This document shows positions 1-9,943 of a stretch of 64,000 nucleotides of DNA, piece by piece. The stretch comes from Candidatus Eiseniibacteriota bacterium (lineage in GTDB: Bacteria; Eisenbacteria; RBG-16-71-46; CAVPCR01), in contig CAWGMA010000002.1 in NCBI GenBank assembly GCA_963823555.1, forward strand, positions 320,001 through 384,000, read 5' to 3'. Numbering within the stretch: the stretch's first letter is position 1; each line of letters opens with the position of its first letter. The notes under the pieces are model-generated. The model searched no databases, was not told the DNA's origin, and worked only from the letters and a program-made list of their open reading frames with translations. Both the position numbers and the translations under genes were made by a program.

Positions 1-384
1 CCCGAAGAGGTAGGCCGCACCGAGAGCAGCGGCGAAGATTCCAAGCTGCGCGGCCGCACCGAGGAGGAAGGTGAGCGGGCGGGCCAGGAGCGGTCGGAAG
101 TCCGTGAGCGCGCCGACCCCGAGGAAGATGATCGGCGGCAAGAGCTCGGTCTTGACGCCGGCCTGGTAGATCAACGAGATGATCCCGTGACCGTACGATC
201 CGAGCTCGGCGAGAGGGAAATTGGCGAGCACGATGCCGAACCCGATCGGGATCAGGAGGAGCGGTTCGTAACCTCTCGTGATCGCCAGGTAGACCAGGGT
301 TCCCGATATCGCGTACATGACCCAGTTGCCCCAGGTCATGTGCGCGAATCCGGATTGGCTCAGGAGTCGGATGATCTCGTCCAT
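1..384 (-). CDS. oadB: Na+-translocating decarboxylase beta subunit (3' end runs off the window)
   Basis: Translated by hand from ATG 384: MDEIIRLL...YEPLLLIPIGFGIVLAN...PPIIFLGVGALTDFRPLL..FLLGAAAQLGIF, the OadB signature; lies directly downstream of oadA. Confidence 0.93.
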   Translation of the reverse strand, partial: MDEIIRLLSQSGFAHMTWGNWVMYAISGTLVYLAITRGYEPLLLIPIGFGIVLANFPLAELGSYGHGIISLIYQAGVKTELLPPIIFLGVGALTDFRPLLARPLTFLLGAAAQLGIFAAALGAAYLFG

Positions 385-396
385 GTGCTTGCCCCG

Positions 397-2274
397 TCAT
401 CCAATCGTGATGAGAGGCCGCGATGAATCGGGTTCATCGCCCACCCGGACATGGACGGCGATCACGGAGCCGTCGCGCGGCGAACGGACCTCGTGCTTCG
501 CCTTCATCGCCTCGACGGCGGCGAGCACCTGACCCTTCTTCACCGCATCGCCCACCTTCACCAGGATCTCGACCACCTCGACCGATCCGCCGAAGCCCGA
601 GAAGACGGGCGTGCCCGTGGCGACCGCCGTGCCGGCCCCGGCGGCCGGAGCGGCCGCCGCGACGGCGGCGCCGCCGCCCCCCGCGGCGCCCATGGGCTCG
701 ACCGTGACGAGGAAGGTCCGGAGGCGCCCGTTCTCATCCACCGTGCAGCGCGAGGTGACCGGTCCCGTCGCGGCGATCGGGGCTGGCGCGACCGCCACCG
801 GTGCCGCGGCTGGAGCCGGCGCGCCGGCTCCCTTGTCGCCGTTTCGCTTGATGAGCGGAATGTCGATCTTGGCGTTGCCGGTGAGGAAGCGGATCCCTTC
901 GTTGGCCTCCATGTTCTTTCCCGGCACGATGGCGGAGAGGACGAGGAAGATGTTGCGCTCCGTCACCGGGAGCTTCCGCTCTTCCAGCTCCTTCCTTGCG
1001 ATCTCGATGTTCTTCGGGGCCGCCTCGAGCGGATCGCCCTCGAAGGGCGCGAGCTTGAGTTGCTCGGAAGCCTTGGCCACGACGGCTGGATCGGGCGACA
1101 GCGGCGTCTTTCCGAAGTAGCCGAGCACGGCCCGGCCGTAACCCGAATCGATCTTCTCCCAGCGACCGTACATGACGTTGTTGAAGGCCTGGAGCCAGTA
1201 CTGCTGGCTACCGGGCGTGACGCTGGTCCAGGCTCCACCGGCCTCGACCACGACCGGGAACTCGGCCAGCACGTCACCGTACTTGTTGAGGATGCCGGCC
1301 TTCGCCATCATGTGGACGTTGGGTCCGATCGCGCCGCCCGGCATCGGGAACCCGACCACACGGGCATCCGCCGTGGTCGTGGTCGGGTTGAAGTCGTATT
1401 CCTTGAGCCCCTCGTTCAGCAGATCCTCGATCTCCGGGATCTTGCTCACGTCCAGATCGAGCGAGTAACCCGTCCCCTTCAGGGCGTGCGCCACCGAGCG
1501 GACATCGGGTTGGACGGTCCCGCTGGCCATCGGGCGAACCGACAGATCGATGCCGTCCACCCCACCCTGGATGCCCGCCATGTAGCAGGCCACCGCCATG
1601 CTGGCGGTGTCGTGGGTGTGGAACCAGAGCGGCATCTCGGGCGGCATCAGCTTGCGGAGCCCGACGGCGGTGTCGTAGACGGTCTTGGGGTCGGTGGTCC
1701 CGCTGGCATCCTTGAGGCAGATGCTGTCCATATGGAGGCCGCTCTTCAGGAGCTGGGCGCCGATATCGATATAGAAGGCAGCCGTGTGCACCTTGTCGGA
1801 CTTGAAGGGAAGCCCCATGAGGGCGATCGCCGCCTGGTGGTGCATGCCGGAGTCGACGATCGGCTGCCCGGTGTTGATGAGATTCCGGACATCGTTCATG
1901 TAGTCGAAATTCCGATCCCAGGTGGTCCCGGCCTCATGCATGAGCTTGGCCTGCAGGGTCAGCGCCTCGATCGACTGCGTCGTCAGCGTCACCCCGGACA
2001 CCGAGCGCGTCAGGATCTGGAGATCGACTCCCGGGCCGACGGCGTCGCGGATCTTCTGCATGGTGGCGAAGGGATCCTCGCCCAGATAGAACAATGGAGC
2101 CTGGAACCGCGCTCCGCCTCCGAACTCGAAGTGACGGATGCCCGCTTCCACCGAGGCCTTCATGGCGGGAAGGAAATCAGCCAGACGAACCTTGCCGCCG
2201 AAGGAACTCTGGAGCCCGTCGCGGAACGGGGTGAACATGACGCGTATCTTCTTGGGCTTCGATGTGAAGATCAC
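397..2274 (-). CDS. oadA: Oxaloacetate decarboxylase alpha / pyruvate carboxylase subunit B-like (carboxyltransferase + biotinyl domain)
   Basis: RDGLQS, KDASG, HTH and SVTPGSQ motifs, an Ala/Pro linker and a C-terminal biotinyl domain (EAMKA). GTG 2274 overlaps the oadG stop (GTGA) with GGAGG upstream. Confidence 0.88.
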   Translation of the reverse strand: MIFTSKPKKIRVMFTPFRDGLQSSFGGKVRLADFLPAMKASVEAGIRHFEFGGGARFQAPLFYLGEDPFATMQKIRDAVGPGVDLQILTRSVSGVTLTTQSIEALTLQAKLMHEAGTTWDRNFDYMNDVRNLINTGQPIVDSGMHHQAAIALMGLPFKSDKVHTAAFYIDIGAQLLKSGLHMDSICLKDASGTTDPKTVYDTAVGLRKLMPPEMPLWFHTHDTASMAVACYMAGIQGGVDGIDLSVRPMASGTVQPDVRSVAHALKGTGYSLDLDVSKIPEIEDLLNEGLKEYDFNPTTTTADARVVGFPMPGGAIGPNVHMMAKAGILNKYGDVLAEFPVVVEAGGAWTSVTPGSQQYWLQAFNNVMYGRWEKIDSGYGRAVLGYFGKTPLSPDPAVVAKASEQLKLAPFEGDPLEAAPKNIEIARKELEERKLPVTERNIFLVLSAIVPGKNMEANEGIRFLTGNAKIDIPLIKRNGDKGAGAPAPAAAPVAVAPAPIAATGPVTSRCTVDENGRLRTFLVTVEPMGAAGGGGAAVAAAAPAAGAGTAVATGTPVFSGFGGSVEVVEILVKVGDAVKKGQVLAAVEAMKAKHEVRSPRDGSVIAVHVRVGDEPDSSRPLITIG

Positions 2275-2486
2275 TTCACTTCCTCCACATGGGTGACTTT
2301 CGTCCCCGGATAGAGGCTTGAGTAGACGGAGGTCACGGCGGCCACGAGGGCGGCATCCCCCTCTCCTTCCACTGCCGGGAAGGCCATCGTGATCAAGCGG
2401 ATGCTTCCGGCGAGAACCGCCAGCAAGACGAGAACGGAGCCGAAGGCAATGGTCGATATGCTGAAGAGATCCGGTGTGGGCATCAT
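2271..2486 (-). CDS. oadG: Decarboxylase gamma subunit (OadG-like)
   Basis: 71 aa with one TM helix (FGSVLVLLAVLAGSIRLIT) followed by DAALVAAVTS; sits just upstream of oadA. Confidence 0.8.
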   Translation of the reverse strand: MMPTPDLFSISTIAFGSVLVLLAVLAGSIRLITMAFPAVEGEGDAALVAAVTSVYSSLYPGTKVTHVEEVK

Positions 2487-2497
2487 GGTCCTGGTCG

Positions 2498-3433
2498 TTA
2501 GTTGGGGAGCAGTTCCAGCCTCCCGGTGGGAATCGGGGATGGAGCTCCATCGAGAAAGAGCTGCAGATCGTCGCCGATCGACGATACGACGCCGTCCCTG
2601 AGCTCCTCGCCCATGGCGCCGCTCCGATCGCGGTGGACGCGCACGTGCCTTCCGAGCACGAGCGACCGTGAACGGTAGAGATCGAGGAATCGAGGAAGGC
2701 TGCCGGCCAGCAGCGACCGATAGTTGGTCCCGAGATGGGCGGCCAGGCTGTGGAACACGGCCGACAGGGAGCACTGCGATGGATCAAGAGAGAACTCCCG
2801 GACCGACCCGACTTGCGGCACGAAGGGAGTCGCGGGCACGACGGGAGTCACCTCGACATTGAGGCCGATGCCCAGCGTGGCGCTGATCACGGTGGCGTCC
2901 TGAATCTGGGCACTGGCCAGAACGCCCCCGACCTTGGCCGGGCCGATCATGACGTCATTGACCCACTTCACGGCTGGCGGCTGATGCAGATTCCCCACAT
3001 CGTCGAGGGATTGCAGGACCGACACCGCGGCGAGAACGGTGAACGCCACACCGGCATGCTCGATCCTGGAACTGGGATGGACGAGAGCGCAGAGATGGAG
3101 ATTGCCCGGGGCGGCGACCCAGGGCCGATCCTTGAAGCCATGGAAGCGTTCGCCGGTGCCGGCGATCGCGAGCAGGTCCGCGGCCGGGGAGGACGAACGG
3201 GCCAGCCGGTTGAGGACATCGAACTGCGAGTCGGATGCGCGGCCGACGGCAACGAGGTGCTCCCAGCCCGATGGCAACAGGACATCGGCGCGCTGAACGC
3301 GGTCGGCCTGCACCAGGGCTTCTACGATCGGTCGAATGGAAGGCTCGAGGGCCCTGGTCTTGATCGGTTCCCACCTCAGATCGTCCTGAATCAAGCGGTG
3401 GGCGAACCGGATGTCGTCGGTGTAGAGAACCAC
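2498..3433 (-). CDS. Biotin--protein ligase (BirA-like catalytic domain, divergent)
   Basis: KWVND, KVGGVL and GIGLNV motifs; first gene of the oad operon. Confidence 0.85.
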   Translation of the reverse strand: MVLYTDDIRFAHRLIQDDLRWEPIKTRALEPSIRPIVEALVQADRVQRADVLLPSGWEHLVAVGRASDSQFDVLNRLARSSSPAADLLAIAGTGERFHGFKDRPWVAAPGNLHLCALVHPSSRIEHAGVAFTVLAAVSVLQSLDDVGNLHQPPAVKWVNDVMIGPAKVGGVLASAQIQDATVISATLGIGLNVEVTPVVPATPFVPQVGSVREFSLDPSQCSLSAVFHSLAAHLGTNYRSLLAGSLPRFLDLYRSRSLVLGRHVRVHRDRSGAMGEELRDGVVSSIGDDLQLFLDGAPSPIPTGRLELLPN

Positions 3434-3576
3434 CCGTCGTCGTCCTTGGGGATCGCCAATCTGAGCCTACACCCGGGCGATAGTGTAGCACGGTCCAGGC
3501 GGTCGCGGTCCGCGAAGCCCCGCCCGGGCCGGTCGAGCGGGGCATACGGGGCCGGAGGGGGACCGCGGGCAAAGCA

Positions 3577-3604
3577 AAGCGGGCGGCCTCGCAGCCGCCC
3601 GCTT
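3577..3604 (-). terminator. Probable intrinsic terminator
   Basis: AAGCGGGCGGC-6nt-GCCGCCCGCTT hairpin followed by T-rich bases on the minus strand, just after the stop at 3629. Confidence 0.6.
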
Positions 3605-3628
3605 GAGAGGACCAGGTTTCGGCCCGGT

Positions 3629-4378
3629 CTACTTGTAGGTGCTCTTGATGGCGCCCCAGGTCGTGTTCTCGACAGGGACCGCGCCGCAGAGGTTCTGAGC
3701 GCAGGGCGAATCCCCATCGACGTTGTAGATGCCCTGCGGGTTCTGGAGGAAGCAACCGCCGGCACCCTCGGTGCCCGCGAGGCAGATCATCCCCCAGCCG
3801 CCGTCGCAGTCCACGCAGCGGGCCACACCGGCGGGATCGAAGTCGGCCGTGCCGTCGGGGCCGGTGTCGGGGCCGAGGCCCGGCACACCATAGTAGGTGA
3901 AGCAGTCGCCCTGGCTCGGCCGGCCCATGCCGACGCCGTCCACGATGGTGCCCGGGAAGGGTCCATCTTCCATGCAGTCATCGTTGGCATCGATGTCGTC
4001 CCCGACGTTGCCGGTGAAGTCGGCGACGAGCAGGATGGTGACACCACCGTTCTCGATGTTGAGCGTCTCCACCTGGTCGGCGCAAATGACCCGCGCCTGC
4101 CCGACCGTGTAGAAACCGCTGGCGCCCACCATGCCCGTGAGCTGGATCGCCTTGTCGATGGTGCCCGTGGCGCTGCCGAAGTCACCTTCGATCTCGATGA
4201 TCCAGAAGCGGCTGAGGTCCGTGCCCGGATCGGCGCAGATCTCCACGAACTCGTAGTCGTCCGTGCTCGTGTCGTTGCGGGAAACTTCGTTCAAGTGAGG
4301 CGCGACCTGCGCCACTGCGAGCGAAGCAAGACCGAGCGAACAGATGGCAGCAAGGAGAAGCGTTATCGAGGTCTTCAT
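3629..4378 (-). CDS. Secreted Cys-rich protein with a lamin-tail-like N-terminal motif and a C-terminal TWGxIK tail
   Basis: Signal peptide; HLNEV..DDYEFVEI motif; ends VPVENTTWGAIKSTYK. Confidence 0.75.
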   Translation of the reverse strand: MKTSITLLLAAICSLGLASLAVAQVAPHLNEVSRNDTSTDDYEFVEICADPGTDLSRFWIIEIEGDFGSATGTIDKAIQLTGMVGASGFYTVGQARVICADQVETLNIENGGVTILLVADFTGNVGDDIDANDDCMEDGPFPGTIVDGVGMGRPSQGDCFTYYGVPGLGPDTGPDGTADFDPAGVARCVDCDGGWGMICLAGTEGAGGCFLQNPQGIYNVDGDSPCAQNLCGAVPVENTTWGAIKSTYK

Positions 4379-4471
4379 GTGTTCTTAATCCTCCGGGAGT
4401 AGGGAGTGTCAAGCGTCGAGGAACGGCACGCCAACCCTGGCGGCCACTTGCCTCCCAGATGCACCCTCAAG

Positions 4472-4500
4472 ACTATAGCAGAGAAGAGGGTGGATCTCAA
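4472..4500 (-). promoter_or_regulatory. sigma70-type promoter
   Basis: TTGAGA-17bp-TATAGT with an extended TG, upstream of 4378. Confidence 0.6.
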
Positions 4501-4571
4501 GTGAGCCGACATCGGAGCGACCGCTCAGCGTGAGGCTCGAGCGGTCGCTCCGGCGTCCAAGCGGGTCCCTA

Positions 4572-7220
4572 TCAGTGCAGGAGCAACATGGCTCTGCTGA
4601 CATTCACATCATGGACCCGGACTCGGTAATAGTACACACCCGCTGCGGCACGCCGGCCATCTGCACTCCTTCCGTCCCAGGGCACGGCGTGTATTCCTGA
4701 GAGGTAGCGGGTGCCCTGGGCCAGCGATCGCACGTGGCGCCCGGTGACATCGAACAGATCGATGTCAACCTCCGTCGCGGCGGGCAACTCGAACCGGATG
4801 GAGGTCATCGTACTGAACGGATTGGGCGTGTTGTCCAGCACCCGGAAGCGGAGGGCGCTGGCCTGATCCGGGGCCGCGGTCGACGCACAGCCCTGGCCGT
4901 GGGCGCCGATGAGGACCCCGCAGGAGTTGTTCTGCGGGAGACACGGCGAGCCGGCGCGGAGCCCCATATCCCCGGTGTCATGACTACAGAGCAGCGGATC
5001 GAGCGCGAGATTCCCGTTGGCGCCGGCCTGTCCGGCAATGCAGCCGACCCAGTCGCCGCCGGCGTTGCCGTAGATGTCGCTGCAGCTCAGGGCCACGCTC
5101 CCGCTCGATGTGCAGTAGACGGCCTGGCCTTCGCTGCTGTGGGCGATGATCGTGTCCTCGACCAGCACATGCGCGCTGTTGCGCGTGTAGATGCCGGCAC
5201 CCTGCGGGGCGGCGTTCCCGCAGAAGGTGGAGTCGTAGACCCAGGGAACGGACTCGACCCGGTCCGCGTGCAAGGCGCCGCCCCAGTGGTCGGAGCTGTT
5301 GCGCCAGAAGGTGCAGCGGCCGATGTCCGGGCTGCCGCCATAGAGATGGATGGCGCCCCCGCCCCACAGGGCCCAGTTGTCCTGGAAGACGCAGTCGAGG
5401 TACTCGCCACCGGCACCGGGCAGCCCGGTGATGATGGCGCCCCCGGCGTTGTCGGCCGTGTTCCCGATGAACCGGCAGCCGGCGATGAGCGGGAACGCAT
5501 CGTTGCAGACGATGGCGCCGCCGCTGTCGGTGGCATGATTCTCCTCGAAGATGCAGTCGCGGATGGTGGGATCGGCACCGACCATCCGGATGGCTCCACC
5601 CGAGACCTGCCGCCCTCCCCGGAGCGTCACGCCTCGCAGCTCGGCATCGCGCGACTCGCCGTTGGCGAACACGAAGGCACGGTAGCTGGGGCCGGACAAG
5701 GCGCAGTCGATGATGCAGGTCGAGGGATCGCCGCTGATCGACTCGATGACCATGTTCTTGCCGCGATAGGAGATGTCATGGTTCCCGGGGCCGGAGAAGA
5801 TGCCATCGCCGAGGCGGATGGTGTCGCCGTCGGCGGCGATGTTGGCGGCGTCATCGATGGTCGCGACATCGCCGCTGCCATCGGGATAGACATAGTAGAC
5901 GTGGTTGCCGGGCCGGTCGAAGTACGTGGCCAGGGTCGGCGTGCGCGTGTCCGACCAGGCCACACCCGGCAGGATGCGCTGCCACTCGATCGCGACGGCC
6001 GCCGGCGCGTAGTCCGGGCTCGCCTCATGTGTATCGTTGACGACCTGGGTCCGAGGCCAGGAATGAACGCTCGTGACGGGAGTCCAGCGATACACGATGT
6101 CCTCGAGGCTGGAGAGATACGTCGCGTGGTAGCCGGTGTGGTCGGCGGCGATCGATGGAGCCTCCTCGTCGATCGCCGGCTGGCAGGAGAGGCAGAAGTC
6201 CGAGTTCCAGCTGGTGCCGCCGTTCTGCGTGTAGGCATACTTGACATCGTCGTGCTGCCCGCCGTTATCGACCTTGTACACGATCATGGCATCATCGCGT
6301 GTCTTGACGGCGGCGATCCGCGGCTCGTAACAGTCCTCACAGACGAACTGCAGCGGAGACCAGCTGAGGCCGTAGTCCGCGCTGGTGCGCACCGCAATGC
6401 CCCAGGGAACGAGGCCCGGATCGTCACCCGCGCCGGCCAGCACATAGAACCACGTTGCATAGAGAACGTCGTTGGCAAAGGCGATGTCGGGGGTGGCGAT
6501 GGCCTGGGCCAGGGGATGCAGGTTGCCCGAGGTCGACCACGATTGCCCTCTATCCGTCGAGACATGGACCTCGTCATCGACGATCAGATAGACGTAGTAT
6601 TCCGTGAACTCGAAATCATCCGTTGTGATGCGCGGTCCGTCCTCGTCGCGGGGGGCGACGGCAAAGGTCTCGAGCTGATTGGTGCTCAGGTTGATGCGGG
6701 TGATCTGAGCGTATCCGCCGTACTCATAGGCGATGAAGAGATAGTCCTGGGTGAACTCGGGGACCGTGATGTCCGGATGGGTGACGTCATTTCCCTCGAC
6801 ACCGCAGATCCAGCCGTAGTGGTTCCAGGTCGTGCCCCCGTCGTTGGAGCGGAAGAGGTTGATGCATGTGTTATCCATGCTCTCGACGATGGCAAAGAAC
6901 CGACCGGCGGTGTCGCCGGCCATGTTCAGGTTGCCCTCGATATCCGTGACCTGATCGGCAACCAGGATGTCGCCGCCCCAGCGTTGATGCTCGCCGGTGG
7001 AACCGTCGATCACTCCGACCTCGGGGACGGGCACGTCAGCCGGCACGGCGGCGTTCCGGGCGGGCATCAGCGCCTCGAAGCGGGCCCTGGTTGCTTCGAC
7101 ATCGCGGGTCTGTCGACTTGGCTCGATCCCCATGAGCGGCGAAGAGTCGGGCAGGGCGGTCTGTGGAAGCTGGATGAGAAGAACGAAGAAAATGCCCGCG
7201 GCAAGCCGTGGCGATGGCAT
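4572..7220 (-). CDS. Secreted protein: BNR/Asp-box propeller + right-handed beta-helix + FlgD-Ig C-terminal domain
   Basis: SNDGGTTW, STDRGQSW and SADYGLSW Asp-boxes; GGAI/FxxNxA repeats; PNPF...FDVTGRHVRSL...WDG tail; AGGAGG RBS before ATG 7220. Confidence 0.8.
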   Translation of the reverse strand: MPSPRLAAGIFFVLLIQLPQTALPDSSPLMGIEPSRQTRDVEATRARFEALMPARNAAVPADVPVPEVGVIDGSTGEHQRWGGDILVADQVTDIEGNLNMAGDTAGRFFAIVESMDNTCINLFRSNDGGTTWNHYGWICGVEGNDVTHPDITVPEFTQDYLFIAYEYGGYAQITRINLSTNQLETFAVAPRDEDGPRITTDDFEFTEYYVYLIVDDEVHVSTDRGQSWSTSGNLHPLAQAIATPDIAFANDVLYATWFYVLAGAGDDPGLVPWGIAVRTSADYGLSWSPLQFVCEDCYEPRIAAVKTRDDAMIVYKVDNGGQHDDVKYAYTQNGGTSWNSDFCLSCQPAIDEEAPSIAADHTGYHATYLSSLEDIVYRWTPVTSVHSWPRTQVVNDTHEASPDYAPAAVAIEWQRILPGVAWSDTRTPTLATYFDRPGNHVYYVYPDGSGDVATIDDAANIAADGDTIRLGDGIFSGPGNHDISYRGKNMVIESISGDPSTCIIDCALSGPSYRAFVFANGESRDAELRGVTLRGGRQVSGGAIRMVGADPTIRDCIFEENHATDSGGAIVCNDAFPLIAGCRFIGNTADNAGGAIITGLPGAGGEYLDCVFQDNWALWGGGAIHLYGGSPDIGRCTFWRNSSDHWGGALHADRVESVPWVYDSTFCGNAAPQGAGIYTRNSAHVLVEDTIIAHSSEGQAVYCTSSGSVALSCSDIYGNAGGDWVGCIAGQAGANGNLALDPLLCSHDTGDMGLRAGSPCLPQNNSCGVLIGAHGQGCASTAAPDQASALRFRVLDNTPNPFSTMTSIRFELPAATEVDIDLFDVTGRHVRSLAQGTRYLSGIHAVPWDGRSADGRRAAAGVYYYRVRVHDVNVSRAMLLLH

Positions 7221-7564
7221 GAATGCACCTCCTGAATCAGCCATCCCCGATCTCGAGGACGGAGCCATTCACCTGCGATGCGGTGTGATCGCATGCGCCC
7301 ATCGACTGGTCCGGAGCGCAGGTACCGGCGTTCGGCGCGGCGTGGTTCTCCGGTGGCGGTCGCGGCACAGGACAGGACGAGCGCCGTGAGCACCGGATGG
7401 ATCGCTTTGCCCTCCGGTCGGCCGGAAACTCCGCGTCCCTGTAGGGTGAGTCGCTCCCCTGGCCCGAAAAGTCACAGTGAAATGATGATGAATCGGAGCT
7501 GTCCACGTGGATCAACCCTGCTTGGGACCTTGCCCGGCCGGCCCGCTGGGCCCACACTGACCCC

Positions 7565-8827
7565 ATGTCCGAGCGTCGTGTCATCGTCATCGGGGGTGGG
7601 CCGGCCGGCCTGATGGCCGCCGGCGAGGCCGCCCGTGCCGGTGCCGCGGTCACGCTCTTCGAGAAGATGTCGCGTCCCGCGCGCAAGCTCGGCCTCACCG
7701 GCAAGGGCCGCTGCAACCTCACCCACATCGCGCCGATCCCGGAGTTCATCGACCATTTCGGGCCGAGCGGCGTCTTTCTCCGCCAGGCCTTTGCGCGCTT
7801 CTTTGCCGAGGATCTGATGGCCTTCTTCGAAGGGCAGGGTGTCCGGCTCGTGACCGAGCGCGGCCAGCGCGTCTTCCCGGCAAGCGGTCAGGCAAGAGAT
7901 ATCGTGAATGCGCTGCTGGGCTGGGTGCGCGCGAGCGGGGTGACGCTGCGTGCGCAGTGCCCGGTCGCGGCATTGGGCGTCGACGCCGGCCGCGTATGCG
8001 CCGTGCGGCTCGCCGGCGCCGACGAGGTTCCTGCCGACGCCGTCATCCTCGCGACCGGCGGCGCGTCCTACCCGGCTACCGGATCGACGGGCGACGGCTA
8101 TCGCCTCGCCCGCGCAGCCGGCCACGAAATCGTTCGAGTCCGTCCCTCGCTCGTCCCGCTCGAGACCGCAGGCGATATCGCGCCGCGCCTCCAGGGTCTC
8201 GCTCTCCGCAACGTCACCGCACGTGTCGTGGTCGACGACCAGGTGAGCGCCGAGGCGTTCGGCGAGATGCTCTTCACGCATTTCGGCCTCTCGGGACCGA
8301 TCATCCTCACGCTCAGCCGCACCGTGGTCGATGCGCTGGGTGGAAAGTCGCGCGTCGAGATCGTGATCGATCTCAAGCCCGCGCTCGACGAGGCGAAGCT
8401 CGACGAGCGGATCCGGCGCGACATTCGGGAGCATGGGCGGCGCCCCTACCGAACGCTCCTCAGGGAGATGCTCCCCCGCAAGCTCATACCGGTCTGCGTC
8501 GATGTCACCGGCATCGAGCCCGAGAAACCGAGCAATCAGCTCAACGCTGCCGAGCGCGCGCGGCTCCGCGCCTGGCTCAAAGCCTTCCGCTTCCAGGTGA
8601 CCGGCCATCGGGCCTGGGCGGAAGCGATCATCACCGCCGGCGGCGTCGACACGCGCGAGGTCAATCCGCGCACGATGGAATCGCGGATCATCACCGGCCT
8701 CTATCTCGCCGGCGAGGTGCTCGATCTCGACGGCGATACCGGAGGCTACAACCTGCAAGCGGCTTTCTCGACCGGATGGGTCGCCGGCCGGGCGGCGGGC
8801 ACGGATGCGGCGAGGGCGCCGGGCTGA
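7565..8827 (+). CDS. HI0933/BaiN-family NAD(P)/FAD-dependent oxidoreductase
   Basis: IGGGPAGLMAA, GKGRCNLT, ATGGASYPATGSTGDGY and GEVLDLDGDTGGYNLQAAFSTG motifs. Confidence 0.93.
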   Translation: MSERRVIVIGGGPAGLMAAGEAARAGAAVTLFEKMSRPARKLGLTGKGRCNLTHIAPIPEFIDHFGPSGVFLRQAFARFFAEDLMAFFEGQGVRLVTERGQRVFPASGQARDIVNALLGWVRASGVTLRAQCPVAALGVDAGRVCAVRLAGADEVPADAVILATGGASYPATGSTGDGYRLARAAGHEIVRVRPSLVPLETAGDIAPRLQGLALRNVTARVVVDDQVSAEAFGEMLFTHFGLSGPIILTLSRTVVDALGGKSRVEIVIDLKPALDEAKLDERIRRDIREHGRRPYRTLLREMLPRKLIPVCVDVTGIEPEKPSNQLNAAERARLRAWLKAFRFQVTGHRAWAEAIITAGGVDTREVNPRTMESRIITGLYLAGEVLDLDGDTGGYNLQAAFSTGWVAGRAAGTDAARAPG

Positions 8828-8853
8828 CGCTGGTCATCACGACCCGGCGGACT

Positions 8854-9753
8854 TCACTGGCGGAATTCCCTGGCCGGCATCCCGGGCAGCAAGAGGAACA
8901 GGTCCTGGTAGGAATCCCGGACCTGCTCGATCTTGTCGGGCGCTGTGCTCTCCTGGCGGATCGGGAGATGCATCAGGGCGATGTGGTCCGGCTGGATGAT
9001 CTCCTGGAGGAAGCGCGCGCAATCGGGTTCGAGGGGAAACCAGAAATGGACCAGGGCCAGGTCGATCGGAGCGCCACCCAGCCCGAAAGCGCGGTATTCA
9101 GCGCAGTTCCCCGGCGAATCCCCCTCGTGGAAGACACGCCAGCCGTTGACCGCGAAGACATACATGATGTTCATGGGGGCTTCCCGGTTGCCGCTATGCA
9201 GGGTGCGGAGCGCCATGACCGGGATCTCATTCGGTTCCAGCGCCGCCTTCTCCCCGACCTTCATGTCGAGCGCCTTGACGCGGGGCTCGATCTTCGCCCA
9301 GTCCGCGGCCACATTCCGCATCTCCCTCACGGCATCGGTGGGGGCCACCAAGATCGGACCGGGAACCTCCGCCAGGTAGTGGGCGGCCAAGGCTGCGTCG
9401 AAATGATCGGGATGGTCATGAGTGACCAGGACGAGATCCACTCCGTCAAACGGAGCGATGCCCTTCATCATCTTGTCGAGGGTTTCCGCGGACGGGGCCC
9501 GGTACTCCGGATTGGGCCTGTCGAAGAGCGCGTCGACGAGGATCTTGGTTTCCCCGGAAGTGAGCAGAACGCCTTCGTTGGCGACATAGGTGAGAACGAG
9601 CGGCTCCGGCCGGATGATGGCGCCGGGGGAGCCGGGGTCCGTCGCCCGCGCCTCCTGTCCGAAGGCGCTGAGCGCCATCAGCGCGAGCGCCGCCAGGCTG
9701 CGGACAGCCCGGCTTGACCCAAGCCTGGGATTGGGCTCCACTTCGCGCGCCAT
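8854..9753 (-). CDS. MBL-fold metallo-hydrolase, exported
   Basis: THDHPDH and HEGDS motifs, N-terminal signal. Confidence 0.85.
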   Translation of the reverse strand: MAREVEPNPRLGSSRAVRSLAALALMALSAFGQEARATDPGSPGAIIRPEPLVLTYVANEGVLLTSGETKILVDALFDRPNPEYRAPSAETLDKMMKGIAPFDGVDLVLVTHDHPDHFDAALAAHYLAEVPGPILVAPTDAVREMRNVAADWAKIEPRVKALDMKVGEKAALEPNEIPVMALRTLHSGNREAPMNIMYVFAVNGWRVFHEGDSPGNCAEYRAFGLGGAPIDLALVHFWFPLEPDCARFLQEIIQPDHIALMHLPIRQESTAPDKIEQVRDSYQDLFLLLPGMPAREFRQ

Positions 9754-9943
9754 GCATTGAGCTTACCACTGTTCGGGCGGGCGATGTCCACCACCGCGAG
9801 CGCCGCGCGTGGCTGCCGACCGATACGCCCCATGCAGCAGTCCGAAGGCGATTTCTCTGGCCATGGGTTCGCCGGATCGGCGAGAGTCTCGTCTTCGGAG
9901 AACGTCGAGATCGCCAGCTGGATGCGGAGAGCAGGCAAGCGCA

